From IMG/VR virus record IMGVR_UViG_3300027764_000031, positions 1 through 24,413 of that record: a stretch of DNA of 24,413 nt; one strand, written 5' to 3'. A program made the translations under genes and the position numbers. This document shows, piece by piece, positions 1 through 7,735 of this stretch. Positions within the stretch are counted from its first letter, which is position 1. Every line of letters starts with the position of its first letter. The DNA is from a virus (Duplodnaviria; Caudoviricetes). The notes beneath the pieces are model-generated. The model made no database searches. It worked only from the letters and a program-made list of their open reading frames with translations, and was not told the DNA's origin.

Positions 1-304
1 ATTTCGATTCGGCTTGCGTCTTGCGGGCGTGGCATGAGGCGCACAACGCTTGCAGGTTTGATCTGACGAGACGCAGGTCGGGAGCCTGTGAGATGGGGAT
101 GATGTGATCGACGAGCGTGGCAGCAGTAACCCTGCCATCACGCAGGCAATGTCGGCACAGCGGCTCCTCCATCCGCACCATCTTCGACATGCGATGCCAA
201 GTCGCGTCATACCCGCGCTTGTGTGATCCTTCTCTGTGATCAGGCAGTCGCAACTTGTAAGACTTGCTTACAGGTTGCCCCAAGCGCGGCGGTCTATTCG
301 GCAT
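1..304 (-). CDS. HNH endonuclease, terminase-associated (HK97 gp74-like); runs off the left edge
   Basis: Not in the ORF track. Manual translation from ATG at 304: MPNRPPRLGQ...RGYDATWHRMSKMVRMEEPLCRHC...VDHIIP...NLQALCASCHARKT. Has CxxC, DH, N and CxxCH motifs typical of phage packaging HNH proteins. Confidence 0.9.
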   Translation of the reverse strand, partial: MPNRPPRLGQPVSKSYKLRLPDHREGSHKRGYDATWHRMSKMVRMEEPLCRHCLRDGRVTAATLVDHIIPISQAPDLRLVRSNLQALCASCHARKTQAESK

Positions 305-575
305 GGCGATAGCCCGACTTAGTCAGCACTCGGGCTATGTCCGTTGCGGTCGAGCGCACCGCCGCCTCGTCGAGCAGCGGCAGCGCGGCATGCAGCGTCT
401 CGTGGATGATGGTGTCGAGGCGTTGCGCTGGTGTCATCGATGCACGGATGCAGATGGTGGGCCGTCTGCCCGGTGGATGGTCGCAGGTTCCCCACGCCGT
501 GCGACTGATCTCGCTGCTCTTGACGAACTTCACGCGCCACATGATGCCGCCGATCTTGCAGGTGAAGTCTGCCAT
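294..575 (-). CDS. Small HExxH (zincin-like) metallopeptidase-domain protein
   Basis: 93 aa with WGTCD...ICI...DTIIHETLHA; start overlaps the upstream stop (TAATG). Confidence 0.7.
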   Translation of the reverse strand: MADFTCKIGGIMWRVKFVKSSEISRTAWGTCDHPPGRRPTICIRASMTPAQRLDTIIHETLHAALPLLDEAAVRSTATDIARVLTKSGYRHAE

Positions 576-1534
576 TAGTCTGCCCTCGTGAACTCGACAG
601 ACAGACCGCCGCCTTCGTAATCACCGTCCCACTTGAGCCGCATCCACACAGCGCCCAATATCTTTGGCGGCTTGCCTGTCTCAATGTGCCAGCCTCCGTA
701 GCCAGTGCCGTACTCGTCCTTGTATGTGCCGCACTTCACATGATGCACAGGCACGATGCGCGTGCGATAAATGCCGTTCATCGTTGTGAGCCGCTGCGAT
801 GCCAGCGTGAGCAGCCAAGAATCATGCGTGTGACCGCTGACCATGATGTCGGCATCGCTGATAAAACTTGCGATGCGGCGAGTGGCAAGAGTGCCGTGCG
901 ACATGATGCCACCCGCGCCGAGTCCGTGCGTGTAGTGCATCTTGAGGCTGAAGTGCGAGCCACCTGAGTACAGCCCGATGATGATCCAACCTGTATAACC
1001 GCCGTTAAACACAGGCACTTTGCCGCCCGCGCTGAGTCGTGCTGTTAACGCTTCCGTGAGGTCATGTGAATGGCGTTTGATTATGGCCGTCTCATGGTTG
1101 CCTCTTGAAATCAGCCCAAATGATTCGCTGTACGGCTGATAGAACTCTGCTGCTGTCTTAACCAGTCGATCAAGGTAGTGACCTTCCGTATGCTCGGGTC
1201 GTAATGCTGATGTGTCGGAGCGCGGATCCCACTTGCCCTGCATTGCGCAGAACAGATCTCCAAAGTCCAGCACGATGCCGTTGCGCTTTTTGCATTCCTT
1301 TAGATGCTTCAACTCAAGGTCTTGATCCGTGTGAGCATTATCGTGATGGCGGTCGCTGCTCAACAGAAACCACTGCGAGACATTCATGCGAGTGTCGTTG
1401 TTCTCGATGATGATGCGATGAATATTCTTTTCGTGTTGCACAACAGACCAGCGTGAGCCTGGAGTCGAGCCTTCACGCCAATGATCTTTGTCGAGCCGTT
1501 CCTTGTATTGGGTCGGTCTCTTCTTGGTTGCCAT
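575..1534 (-). CDS. Calcineurin-like metallophosphoesterase
   Basis: Motifs SDRH, FGDLF, GNHE, THG and GHTH in the expected order. Start moved to ATG 1534 (MATKKR), which overlaps the upstream TAA. Confidence 0.85.
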   Translation of the reverse strand: MATKKRPTQYKERLDKDHWREGSTPGSRWSVVQHEKNIHRIIIENNDTRMNVSQWFLLSSDRHHDNAHTDQDLELKHLKECKKRNGIVLDFGDLFCAMQGKWDPRSDTSALRPEHTEGHYLDRLVKTAAEFYQPYSESFGLISRGNHETAIIKRHSHDLTEALTARLSAGGKVPVFNGGYTGWIIIGLYSGGSHFSLKMHYTHGLGAGGIMSHGTLATRRIASFISDADIMVSGHTHDSWLLTLASQRLTTMNGIYRTRIVPVHHVKCGTYKDEYGTGYGGWHIETGKPPKILGAVWMRLKWDGDYEGGGLSVEFTRAD

Positions 1535-1878
1535 TACTTCTCCCCGATTAGGTTCAGCAACTCCCTTGCAAACTGCGGAGCGGCGCTCACGCGCATCATC
1601 ACAATCCACTCGCTGTCACCGTCTTGTCTGAATACAACGACTGGCGTTTGTCCCGGCGCTGCGTCCATCTCTGCCTGCTCGACCCAATCGGTCACGGCGA
1701 CACGGCAGTATCGCTTGCACTCGACATGCAGATTGCCAGTGCCCTTGAGATCAGCATCGCCAGCGTCGCCGCAGAACTGCACCGAGCGCCGTGCCTCCGT
1801 GCAGTTCCAATGTTTCGCCAACTCAGCGGCGCACTCGCGCTCGCCGACTTTTCCTTTGGTTCGTGAGTGGCTTCCCAT
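1534..1878 (-). CDS. Holliday junction resolvase-like PD-(D/E)XK nuclease
   Basis: SRTKGKVGERE...DADL...HVECKR...PVVVFR pattern of Hjc-like phage resolvases. Confidence 0.8.
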   Translation of the reverse strand: MGSHSRTKGKVGERECAAELAKHWNCTEARRSVQFCGDAGDADLKGTGNLHVECKRYCRVAVTDWVEQAEMDAAPGQTPVVVFRQDGDSEWIVMMRVSAAPQFARELLNLIGEK

Positions 1879-1912
1879 GACTACATTTTGCCCTTTATAT
1901 TTTCGCTCGCAA
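1879..1912 (-). promoter_or_regulatory. Phage-specific promoter copy 1
   Basis: TTGCGAGCGAAAAT (1912-1899); TTGCGA-N16-CAAAAT-N6-ATG(1878). Confidence 0.7.
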
Positions 1913-1918
1913 TAGGGC

Positions 1919-1944
1919 TATGCATATCAGCATGGATATGCATA
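1919..1944. repeat. Perfect 10-bp inverted repeat TATGCATATC-N6-GATATGCATA
   Basis: Read directly; intergenic, 6 bp upstream of promoter copy 1. Confidence 0.85.
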
Positions 1945-2205
1945 TTAAGATTCGCTGAAATAGGTCTTGTCTCCGTCCCACCTGTATCGCCCGATGTAGA
2001 CCCACTTGTTGTCAGGCATGCGACTGTAAAGCGCCTCCGAGTATTTGCCCTTGAGATGCAGAGGTACGATTTTATCGAGACAGCACCCAGCAACGACCCC
2101 GAGGCGTATGAAATTATCCGAGCGATCGGGACTGATGGTGTCCCCGCAACACGGCCCGCCAATAAGCGTGAAGTCCTCGTCGGGTTCATTTGGATCGCTT
2201 TCCAC
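1945..2205 (-). CDS. Hypothetical protein (86 aa), probably leaderless GTG start
   Basis: Fills the gap between neighbours; LIGGPCCGD motif; GTG lies exactly at the predicted +1 of promoter copy 2. Confidence 0.65.
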   Translation of the reverse strand: MESDPNEPDEDFTLIGGPCCGDTISPDRSDNFIRLGVVAGCCLDKIVPLHLKGKYSEALYSRMPDNKWVYIGRYRWDGDKTYFSES

Positions 2206-2383
2206 CGTCGCATTTTCTCATCGAATCGCCCGCTCGCAATAGCGGCATGATCGGGTAATGCTTCAGCAGTCGATGCGACTCCGTGCGGATAAATTTGATC
2301 TCGCCTGGCTTGCAGTGCAACAGGAAGAAAAGGAAGTCCCGCGTCTGTGCGATCGTACGCTGCTCTTCGTCTCGTGTTGTCAT
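2186..2383 (-). CDS. Hypothetical protein resembling the BPSL0761 family
   Basis: MTTRDEEQRTIAQTRDFL...SHRLLKHYP resembles the family pattern as I recall it; ATGA overlap with the upstream stop supports the 2383 start. Confidence 0.55.
   Translation of the reverse strand: MTTRDEEQRTIAQTRDFLFFLLHCKPGEIKFIRTESHRLLKHYPIMPLLRAGDSMRKCDGGKRSK
2206..2239 (-). promoter_or_regulatory. Phage-specific promoter copy 2 (within the 3' end of the upstream gene)
   Basis: TTGCGAGCG; TTGCGA-N16-GAAAAT-N6-GTG(2205). Confidence 0.6.
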
Positions 2384-2631
2384 TGCACCCACTTGCTCTT
2401 CGGATCTTGGTTATGGCTGATCCGTGGCCTTAGCCCGAGCTCCAGCTCGCGGATGTGATCCCGCTCCGCCTCGCACTGCTTCAACCTCTGCTCCACCGAC
2501 TCGAACTCCTTCAGCCTCACCTCCCAAGCCAAGATCCAAACCACCACCTCCCGTAGCCGCTGTGCATCTCGCTCCGACCCGAGCGCGGCGACTCGGACGG
2601 AGATTCTTAGGATGGTGTCGGCGTAGGTCAT
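2380..2631 (-). CDS. Hypothetical helical/coiled-coil protein (83 aa)
   Basis: ATGA overlaps at both ends. Confidence 0.65.
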   Translation of the reverse strand: MTYADTILRISVRVAALGSERDAQRLREVVVWILAWEVRLKEFESVEQRLKQCEAERDHIRELELGLRPRISHNQDPKSKWVQ

Positions 2632-4640
2632 GAGACTAGGACTTTCGGAAGTTCCTCTTCTCTCTTTCTTTCTTCCTCCGCTCTCTCTTTAAGAGCGGGG
2701 GAAGAAGGAAGAAGAGGAACATGCCCTTCTTCCTCCCTCTGTTTTGGAGGAGGAAGAAGAGAGACGGATGAACCGTATTTCAGTTGATTTCCTGTCTTGC
2801 CGTTGCTCACAATCAGACCTTCCTCGACTGCCTCGTCGTTGATTTCTGCGAATGTGGTCTTGGAGACTGGGATCTTCTTCTTGACCCGATTGTGGATCTT
2901 GGTCAACGACTCGAAGATGCCTTGGAACATGTAATTGTGAGCCAAGTCTTCAGCCGTCAATTTAGGACCAGAGTTCCTATTCTTCAACTTCGGCTCCTTG
3001 CTTGGGTCATAATGGAACAGAGGAAAGTCAAAGCGCAGCACCTTCGGCTTGATGGGTTGCCATGACCGCACGGCCGCGTCAAGAACAAAGTGCTTGTCCT
3101 CTTCATGCTGACGCAGGACAAGATGGGTGTCCGCTGCCCGGCTGATGCTGCCTGCGCCCGCTCCGACATCCGTCACGCCCTTCTCAGATTGGTTGCCCTT
3201 GCTGGCATGGTGGATGAGAACGAAGCAGCAGTCGAGTTTCTGCGCCCATCCGTCGACCATGTTGTACACGCCCGCCATTGCGCCGTTGTCATTCTCATTG
3301 ATGCCAGCGCAGATGAATCTGTAGAAGGCATCAAGAATTACCATGTCGTACTTGTTCTTCTCAATGGTGTCGAACAGCAACGGCCCGATCTTGTTGAAGT
3401 CGATCAGGTTGCCGCGCAAGTTCAGCGTGAACAGGTTGGCGAGTTCGCTTGTGTCAATCCCCATAGCAGTGCAGAGCGCGGGTAGTCGGTTGGCTGTGGT
3501 CTCGCTGTGTAGTTCATTGTCGATTAGTAGAACTCTGCTTTCAACGGTGTCATAGTCCATCCACTTGCGACCTAGTGAGGCATTAATGGCTAGATTTGAA
3601 ACAAGCCAACTCTTGCCAGTCTTTGGCGGTGCAATGATGTTCATGGTTTCACCCGAACGAAGCAGACCTCTGATAATCGGTCGCCTCATTTCTTTGTGAG
3701 CATGGATCAGATCTACTGCTCGGCTAATTACCAAAGCAGAATCTGGAACTGCGGGAAGCACGCTCTCAGCATCTCCAACGCACGGCAATCTCGGCTGCTT
3801 GAATGCGTTTGCAATCTGCCTCGATAGGTCTTTAAAATCAAACTCAGACAGCCCGAGCGTCTGCGCCCGCTCCTCGATCACCTTTACTGCATCGCCCTCA
3901 TCCCACGATCGAGCGGCAAGATCACATGCCACCGTGAAGACAGTCTGACGACGACCCGCAGGCATCACATATCCCTCGTTCAAGAATCGGTGCGATAGGT
4001 TGCTCATTGACTTCAGCACTGGCGGCACGACAACACTCACTCGCTCCGACTCTCCATCCGTCGGGTCAGGAAAATCTGCAAGCGAGTAGGTGTTGTCCGT
4101 GTCGACTGCGGCCACATAGCAAAGAGGTCGGTGGTCGTACTTCGTATTCACAAAGCCCGGCAAGCGCATCAGGCGCGGAGCGTCGTGAATGCACTTGTCA
4201 GAGCCGAGCCGAGCCGCGAGTGCCTTCTGATGCGCACAGTGAATATCCATGTCGAGGCACGGCTCCGACAGCCGCCACCACGCATGCACGCCGCCTCCAG
4301 TGGCAACAATCGCGGTCGGCTCAGGTATCAGTGACTCCTCTATTTTCATCTTGGCTTGCTCGATGGTCGTGCCACCGTCAAAGTCTGCGTACAAGCACCT
4401 GGCCATGTTCACATCTTTGGCAGTGCCGCCCTTCTTGTTCGCCCTCGGGTTGGCTCCGAAGTACATGTCGGTCGCGCTGCCTCCAAGTTTCGTCAGGTCG
4501 GCAATGATGTCGGGCGCGTCCTTGAGGTTCGTCCACTTCTGCACGCGCATCGCGCCGAGAGTGCGTATCTCGATGATGTCGTCCTCGGCAAAGATGTAGG
4601 GCAACAAGCGGTAGGCGTGGCTGATGACTTCAGTTTCCAT
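2628..4640 (-). CDS. Primase-helicase (RepB-type primase, PriCT-like region, AAA_25/RepA-like helicase)
   Basis: YFGANPR, LYADFD, TGGGVHAWW, RLMRLPGF in the N-terminus; Walker A APPKTGKS, LIDNEL, ILDAF, IHHASKG in the C-terminus. Confidence 0.9.
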   Translation of the reverse strand: METEVISHAYRLLPYIFAEDDIIEIRTLGAMRVQKWTNLKDAPDIIADLTKLGGSATDMYFGANPRANKKGGTAKDVNMARCLYADFDGGTTIEQAKMKIEESLIPEPTAIVATGGGVHAWWRLSEPCLDMDIHCAHQKALAARLGSDKCIHDAPRLMRLPGFVNTKYDHRPLCYVAAVDTDNTYSLADFPDPTDGESERVSVVVPPVLKSMSNLSHRFLNEGYVMPAGRRQTVFTVACDLAARSWDEGDAVKVIEERAQTLGLSEFDFKDLSRQIANAFKQPRLPCVGDAESVLPAVPDSALVISRAVDLIHAHKEMRRPIIRGLLRSGETMNIIAPPKTGKSWLVSNLAINASLGRKWMDYDTVESRVLLIDNELHSETTANRLPALCTAMGIDTSELANLFTLNLRGNLIDFNKIGPLLFDTIEKNKYDMVILDAFYRFICAGINENDNGAMAGVYNMVDGWAQKLDCCFVLIHHASKGNQSEKGVTDVGAGAGSISRAADTHLVLRQHEEDKHFVLDAAVRSWQPIKPKVLRFDFPLFHYDPSKEPKLKNRNSGPKLTAEDLAHNYMFQGIFESLTKIHNRVKKKIPVSKTTFAEINDEAVEEGLIVSNGKTGNQLKYGSSVSLLPPPKQREEEGHVPLLPSSPALKERAEEERKREEELPKVLVS
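2651..2759. repeat. Two adjacent purine/pyrimidine inverted repeats with GGAAGAAG units (candidate origin)
   Basis: GTTCCTCTTC 2651-2660 / GAAGAGGAAC 2711-2720 with nested arms; CTTCTTCCTCC 2726-2736 / GGAGGAAGAAG 2749-2759. Confidence 0.6.
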
Positions 4641-4743
4641 AGTTCACTCCCCACGAGTAGAGGATCCACCACATCCCGATCAGCCCAATAGACAGCCCGA
4701 GATAAAACGACTCGACGCTGTCGTGCATTCGTTTGAGTTTCAT
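4630..4743 (-). CDS. Small membrane peptide (37 aa)
   Basis: Not in the ORF track. MKLKRMHDSVESFYLGLSIGLIGMWWILYSWGVNYGN*; ATGA overlap upstream; ends overlapping the primase start; one hydrophobic segment. Confidence 0.6.
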   Translation of the reverse strand: MKLKRMHDSVESFYLGLSIGLIGMWWILYSWGVNYGN

Positions 4744-5201
4744 GCGGCCTCGAATTCAGAAATATCACGAATAAATTGTTGCTGGATGTATGACCACCCA
4801 TTTTCATTTTGGGCTAGATGTATTACATCCGAAGTATTAACCCATCCTTTTATAATAAAATTAGGTATTTCACCGCCAACAAATACCATTCGACAATTAG
4901 GCTTGTCTCTTTTTTTAATGGCATACCCATCATTAGCCCATCTAACTTCTATATCAATTCCTACATCTGGTCTAGTCGAGAAGGGATTGTCAACAACACC
5001 CGACCAATATTGACCAAAGAATTTTGCAACAGCACACTCGGCAAATGCTCCATAAATATGCTGTTTAAAGCCGTCCCTATTATTGTTTTGCGGTGGAGAT
5101 TTATCAAGATTATTTCCACCCAATATGTTGTTTAACTCTCTACGAGATCCAACAACAATAACTAAATTGCATTCTTCTTTAGTTAATATAATTTCATTCA
5201 T
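4740..5201 (-). CDS. AT-rich hypothetical protein, possible PD-(D/E)XK-like fold
   Basis: GAFAECAVAK...PDVGIDIEVRW; AAGGA RBS; visibly AT-rich compared with its neighbours. Confidence 0.7.
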   Translation of the reverse strand: MNEIILTKEECNLVIVVGSRRELNNILGGNNLDKSPPQNNNRDGFKQHIYGAFAECAVAKFFGQYWSGVVDNPFSTRPDVGIDIEVRWANDGYAIKKRDKPNCRMVFVGGEIPNFIIKGWVNTSDVIHLAQNENGWSYIQQQFIRDISEFEAA

Positions 5202-5223
5202 CTCGCATCCTTGCGTTAGTTAA

Positions 5224-5263
5224 AGCGAGCGACGGAACCCGTGGAGGATTTCCGCCGCCCGCC
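5224..5263 (-). terminator. GC-rich hairpin after the SSB gene (possible terminator or attenuator)
   Basis: Minus-strand GGCGGGCGGCGGAA / TTCCGTCGCTCGCT, 14 bp with 3 G-U pairs; only a weak U tract follows. Confidence 0.45.
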
Positions 5264-5278
5264 GTCCGGGGGTTCAGT

Positions 5279-5740
5279 TCAAAACGGAATATCCATGTCG
5301 TCGACTGGCACTGGGTCAGCATGCTTCGTTGTGGCCGCAGGATGCGCAGGCAAGTAATGGTCAACGATATTTGAAACCTTGCCAAGCTTGCTTGTGTACT
5401 GACTTATCTTTGCCTTGATCTCGACATCGACCAGGCTCTGCTCGTTCAGCGACCCGCCCCTTTTGACCGCGGGCAGGTTGCATGCGAGCACCACCGTGTT
5501 GATATCCCAAGGTTTGTCCACTCCGATCGTCGCAAAGATGCGTTTGTTGTTGCCTTGGAACTCCGTGTCAAGCCACAACTTTAGAGACATCCCATCCTTG
5601 TTAAACTCGTTCACCTTGTACTTGTCTGCGGCGAACTCTGCCTTGGTGATCGTGAATGTGTAGACACCATTCGGCAGAATGATCTCCTCGAACTTGCGGT
5701 CGGTCTTCAAATCTTGCGGTGCATCCCATATCAGTTTCAT
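5279..5740 (-). CDS. Single-stranded DNA-binding protein (DUF669-like)
   Basis: LPNGVYTFTITKAE N-terminus, acidic DDMDIPF tail, position after the SSAP gene. Confidence 0.8.
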   Translation of the reverse strand: MKLIWDAPQDLKTDRKFEEIILPNGVYTFTITKAEFAADKYKVNEFNKDGMSLKLWLDTEFQGNNKRIFATIGVDKPWDINTVVLACNLPAVKRGGSLNEQSLVDVEIKAKISQYTSKLGKVSNIVDHYLPAHPAATTKHADPVPVDDMDIPF

Positions 5741-6501
5741 TTCTTACTCGCTTTCTTTTCTGACAATTTGCTGTGACCAGTCGCCACCTTGGCGACGAGT
5801 CGATCCCGAACATCCTCACGAGATGTGCTTCCCTTTTCCGCTGCGGCTTGCGCCGACGCGGCTGAAATTTTGTGACCCAATTCCTTGGCGATCTCGCTGA
5901 CTTGCCCGGCTAGACCTGCGATCTGCTCCTCAAGAACAGACTGCTTCAGCATTGCCATCACGCTGCTCGACCCGCTGCTCGGGGTTGTTGCCTCGGGCAA
6001 TGCAAATCCGTGCTCGTTTCTTCTTGGCGTTGCAGGCAAAGCCACGGCCTCGATCGGCATCTCCTCCGCAGGTGTGCTTTCGATCTTGAGCAAGTGCGGG
6101 ATGATTGCGCAGCCGTGTCGGTAGGCACGACCAGTCGCTCGAGTGATAGCCATCGACCGCACGCTGAACGCCGAGCGTCCCCACGGCGCACGCTCCGCGC
6201 TCGACGCAATCGCAGAGCCACGGCTGACGGTCTCGCCTGTGTCGATGCGCACGATGGCGACGACAGCCATGTACTCCGTCGAGCCGTCCTCTGTTACCTG
6301 CTTTACTACCTCTACTTCGGTGCTTGTAACATTGAATGCCCATCCCACCGCTTGCCACCACGCCACGGTCGGATACTGCCGACCTTGAATGTTGACGATG
6401 AGATGCCCGACGGTCGACGCAATCTCCTTGGCGATTGCCTTTGCCCGCTGCATCTGCGCCAATGGTGTCGGCTGATCTGTTGACATGATTTCGTTTGTCA
6501 T
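5737..6501 (-). CDS. Single-strand annealing recombinase (Rad52/RecT-superfamily-like)
   Basis: GRQYPTV...SMAITRATGRAYR motif; lies between the exonuclease and SSB; start at ATG 6501 (GGAG RBS, ATGA overlap). Confidence 0.65.
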   Translation of the reverse strand: MTNEIMSTDQPTPLAQMQRAKAIAKEIASTVGHLIVNIQGRQYPTVAWWQAVGWAFNVTSTEVEVVKQVTEDGSTEYMAVVAIVRIDTGETVSRGSAIASSAERAPWGRSAFSVRSMAITRATGRAYRHGCAIIPHLLKIESTPAEEMPIEAVALPATPRRNEHGFALPEATTPSSGSSSVMAMLKQSVLEEQIAGLAGQVSEIAKELGHKISAASAQAAAEKGSTSREDVRDRLVAKVATGHSKLSEKKASKK

Positions 6502-7343
6502 CTCTGCTCCTGTAATTTCTTTAATGCCCACGCTGGCAACCCAATGTCGACGACATCGTCCTGCGGCCATCCCGGATACTTGTTCTCGACAACACACTTC
6601 CACCACAGTTTCTGCAACTCGGGCAAACGCTCGCTGTAGCAGTCCATGACCTCGTCGCTCATTCTGTAGACCGCAGTTCCAAACGGAGCCACGGACTCAA
6701 CGACTAAAAACACAAATGAGAAATCGTCGGGCAACATGCGACCTGACGATTCCATTGCGGATCGCAACACGGCCCGATACCAAGCCGCTTGCATGCCGTA
6801 TCCAAAGTTGGCAATCGACTTCTCAAAATCACAAGCAAGGTCGCGTGTGGTCTTTAAGTCACAGACCATGCCGTGACCGTTCCACGCATCAAGCCGGGCC
6901 TTGGCGGGAAAGCCGCCGATCTCGCCAAACACGCTGACCTCACGCTTCTTGCATGCGCTAAGGCAATGCTTGATGCGCCAATCACGATTGCACGCGGCGA
7001 TCATGCCGTCAACTTGTTGCGCCTGATCTGGCGTGATGATGCATCGCCCCTCGTTTAATGCGGCGAAGGTGGCGTACTCCTCCTTACCTAGTTTTGTGCG
7101 CTTGTCTACATCGGGACTCACAACCGCCTGCGCTAAATCATTCTCAGGCTCAAGAATCCCCGCATGCGTAGCAGAACCGACTGCAAGCGCAGGTGATGAC
7201 ATCGGAGTTTCCATCATCTCCTTTGCGTGCATCGGTGTGCTGCTTTGCAACTTGCGAGCAAGTGACGACCCGACCGCGTCATCGCTGTGATACGCAAGCG
7301 CAGGCAAATTCTCGACGATGCAATTTCGTAGACGCAGACTCAT
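6498..7343 (-). CDS. RecE/exonuclease VIII-like PD-(D/E)XK nuclease (DUF3799-like)
   Basis: YHSD..VGSS, GSATHAGILEP, KARLD, CDLKTT, YGMQAAWY, FVFLVVES; start at ATG 7343 (ATGA overlap). Confidence 0.9.
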   Translation of the reverse strand: MSLRLRNCIVENLPALAYHSDDAVGSSLARKLQSSTPMHAKEMMETPMSSPALAVGSATHAGILEPENDLAQAVVSPDVDKRTKLGKEEYATFAALNEGRCIITPDQAQQVDGMIAACNRDWRIKHCLSACKKREVSVFGEIGGFPAKARLDAWNGHGMVCDLKTTRDLACDFEKSIANFGYGMQAAWYRAVLRSAMESSGRMLPDDFSFVFLVVESVAPFGTAVYRMSDEVMDCYSERLPELQKLWWKCVVENKYPGWPQDDVVDIGLPAWALKKLQEQR

Positions 7344-7735
7344 GCGACACCTCGCATTTGTCGCCACGCTAAAACAGCACGCTGCATCAACGACGACTTC
7401 TGCACTTCGCTCACGAGGTCACGCTCAAGGATCTCGCGCACCATGTCGCCCTGCCCGAGCGAGACCAGTGGGATCTCCTTCGGTAGGTCGCCCTGCAAGA
7501 TCTTCTCGCAGGCTGTCATCACTGACTGAGGATCTGCCTCTGCGACTGGATCAAGTAGACGGATCACATCGCCGAGTCGGCTTGCGATCACTAACTGAAT
7601 CGCCATCGCGCCGTGTCGGAGTTGCTTCGCCTCGAACGGCTTTGTCGGTTCGATCCTCGCGGCCAATCCTCGAAGCCGATCCATTGCCAATATCACATCC
7701 TCTGCCCTGTCTCCCCATGTTGCGTCCTTGCTCAT
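7340..7735 (-). CDS. Hypothetical protein (131 aa), first gene of the early operon
   Basis: AAGGA RBS; coupled to the RecE-like gene; overlaps the integrase ORF tail in another frame. Confidence 0.7.
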   Translation of the reverse strand: MSKDATWGDRAEDVILAMDRLRGLAARIEPTKPFEAKQLRHGAMAIQLVIASRLGDVIRLLDPVAEADPQSVMTACEKILQGDLPKEIPLVSLGQGDMVREILERDLVSEVQKSSLMQRAVLAWRQMRGVA

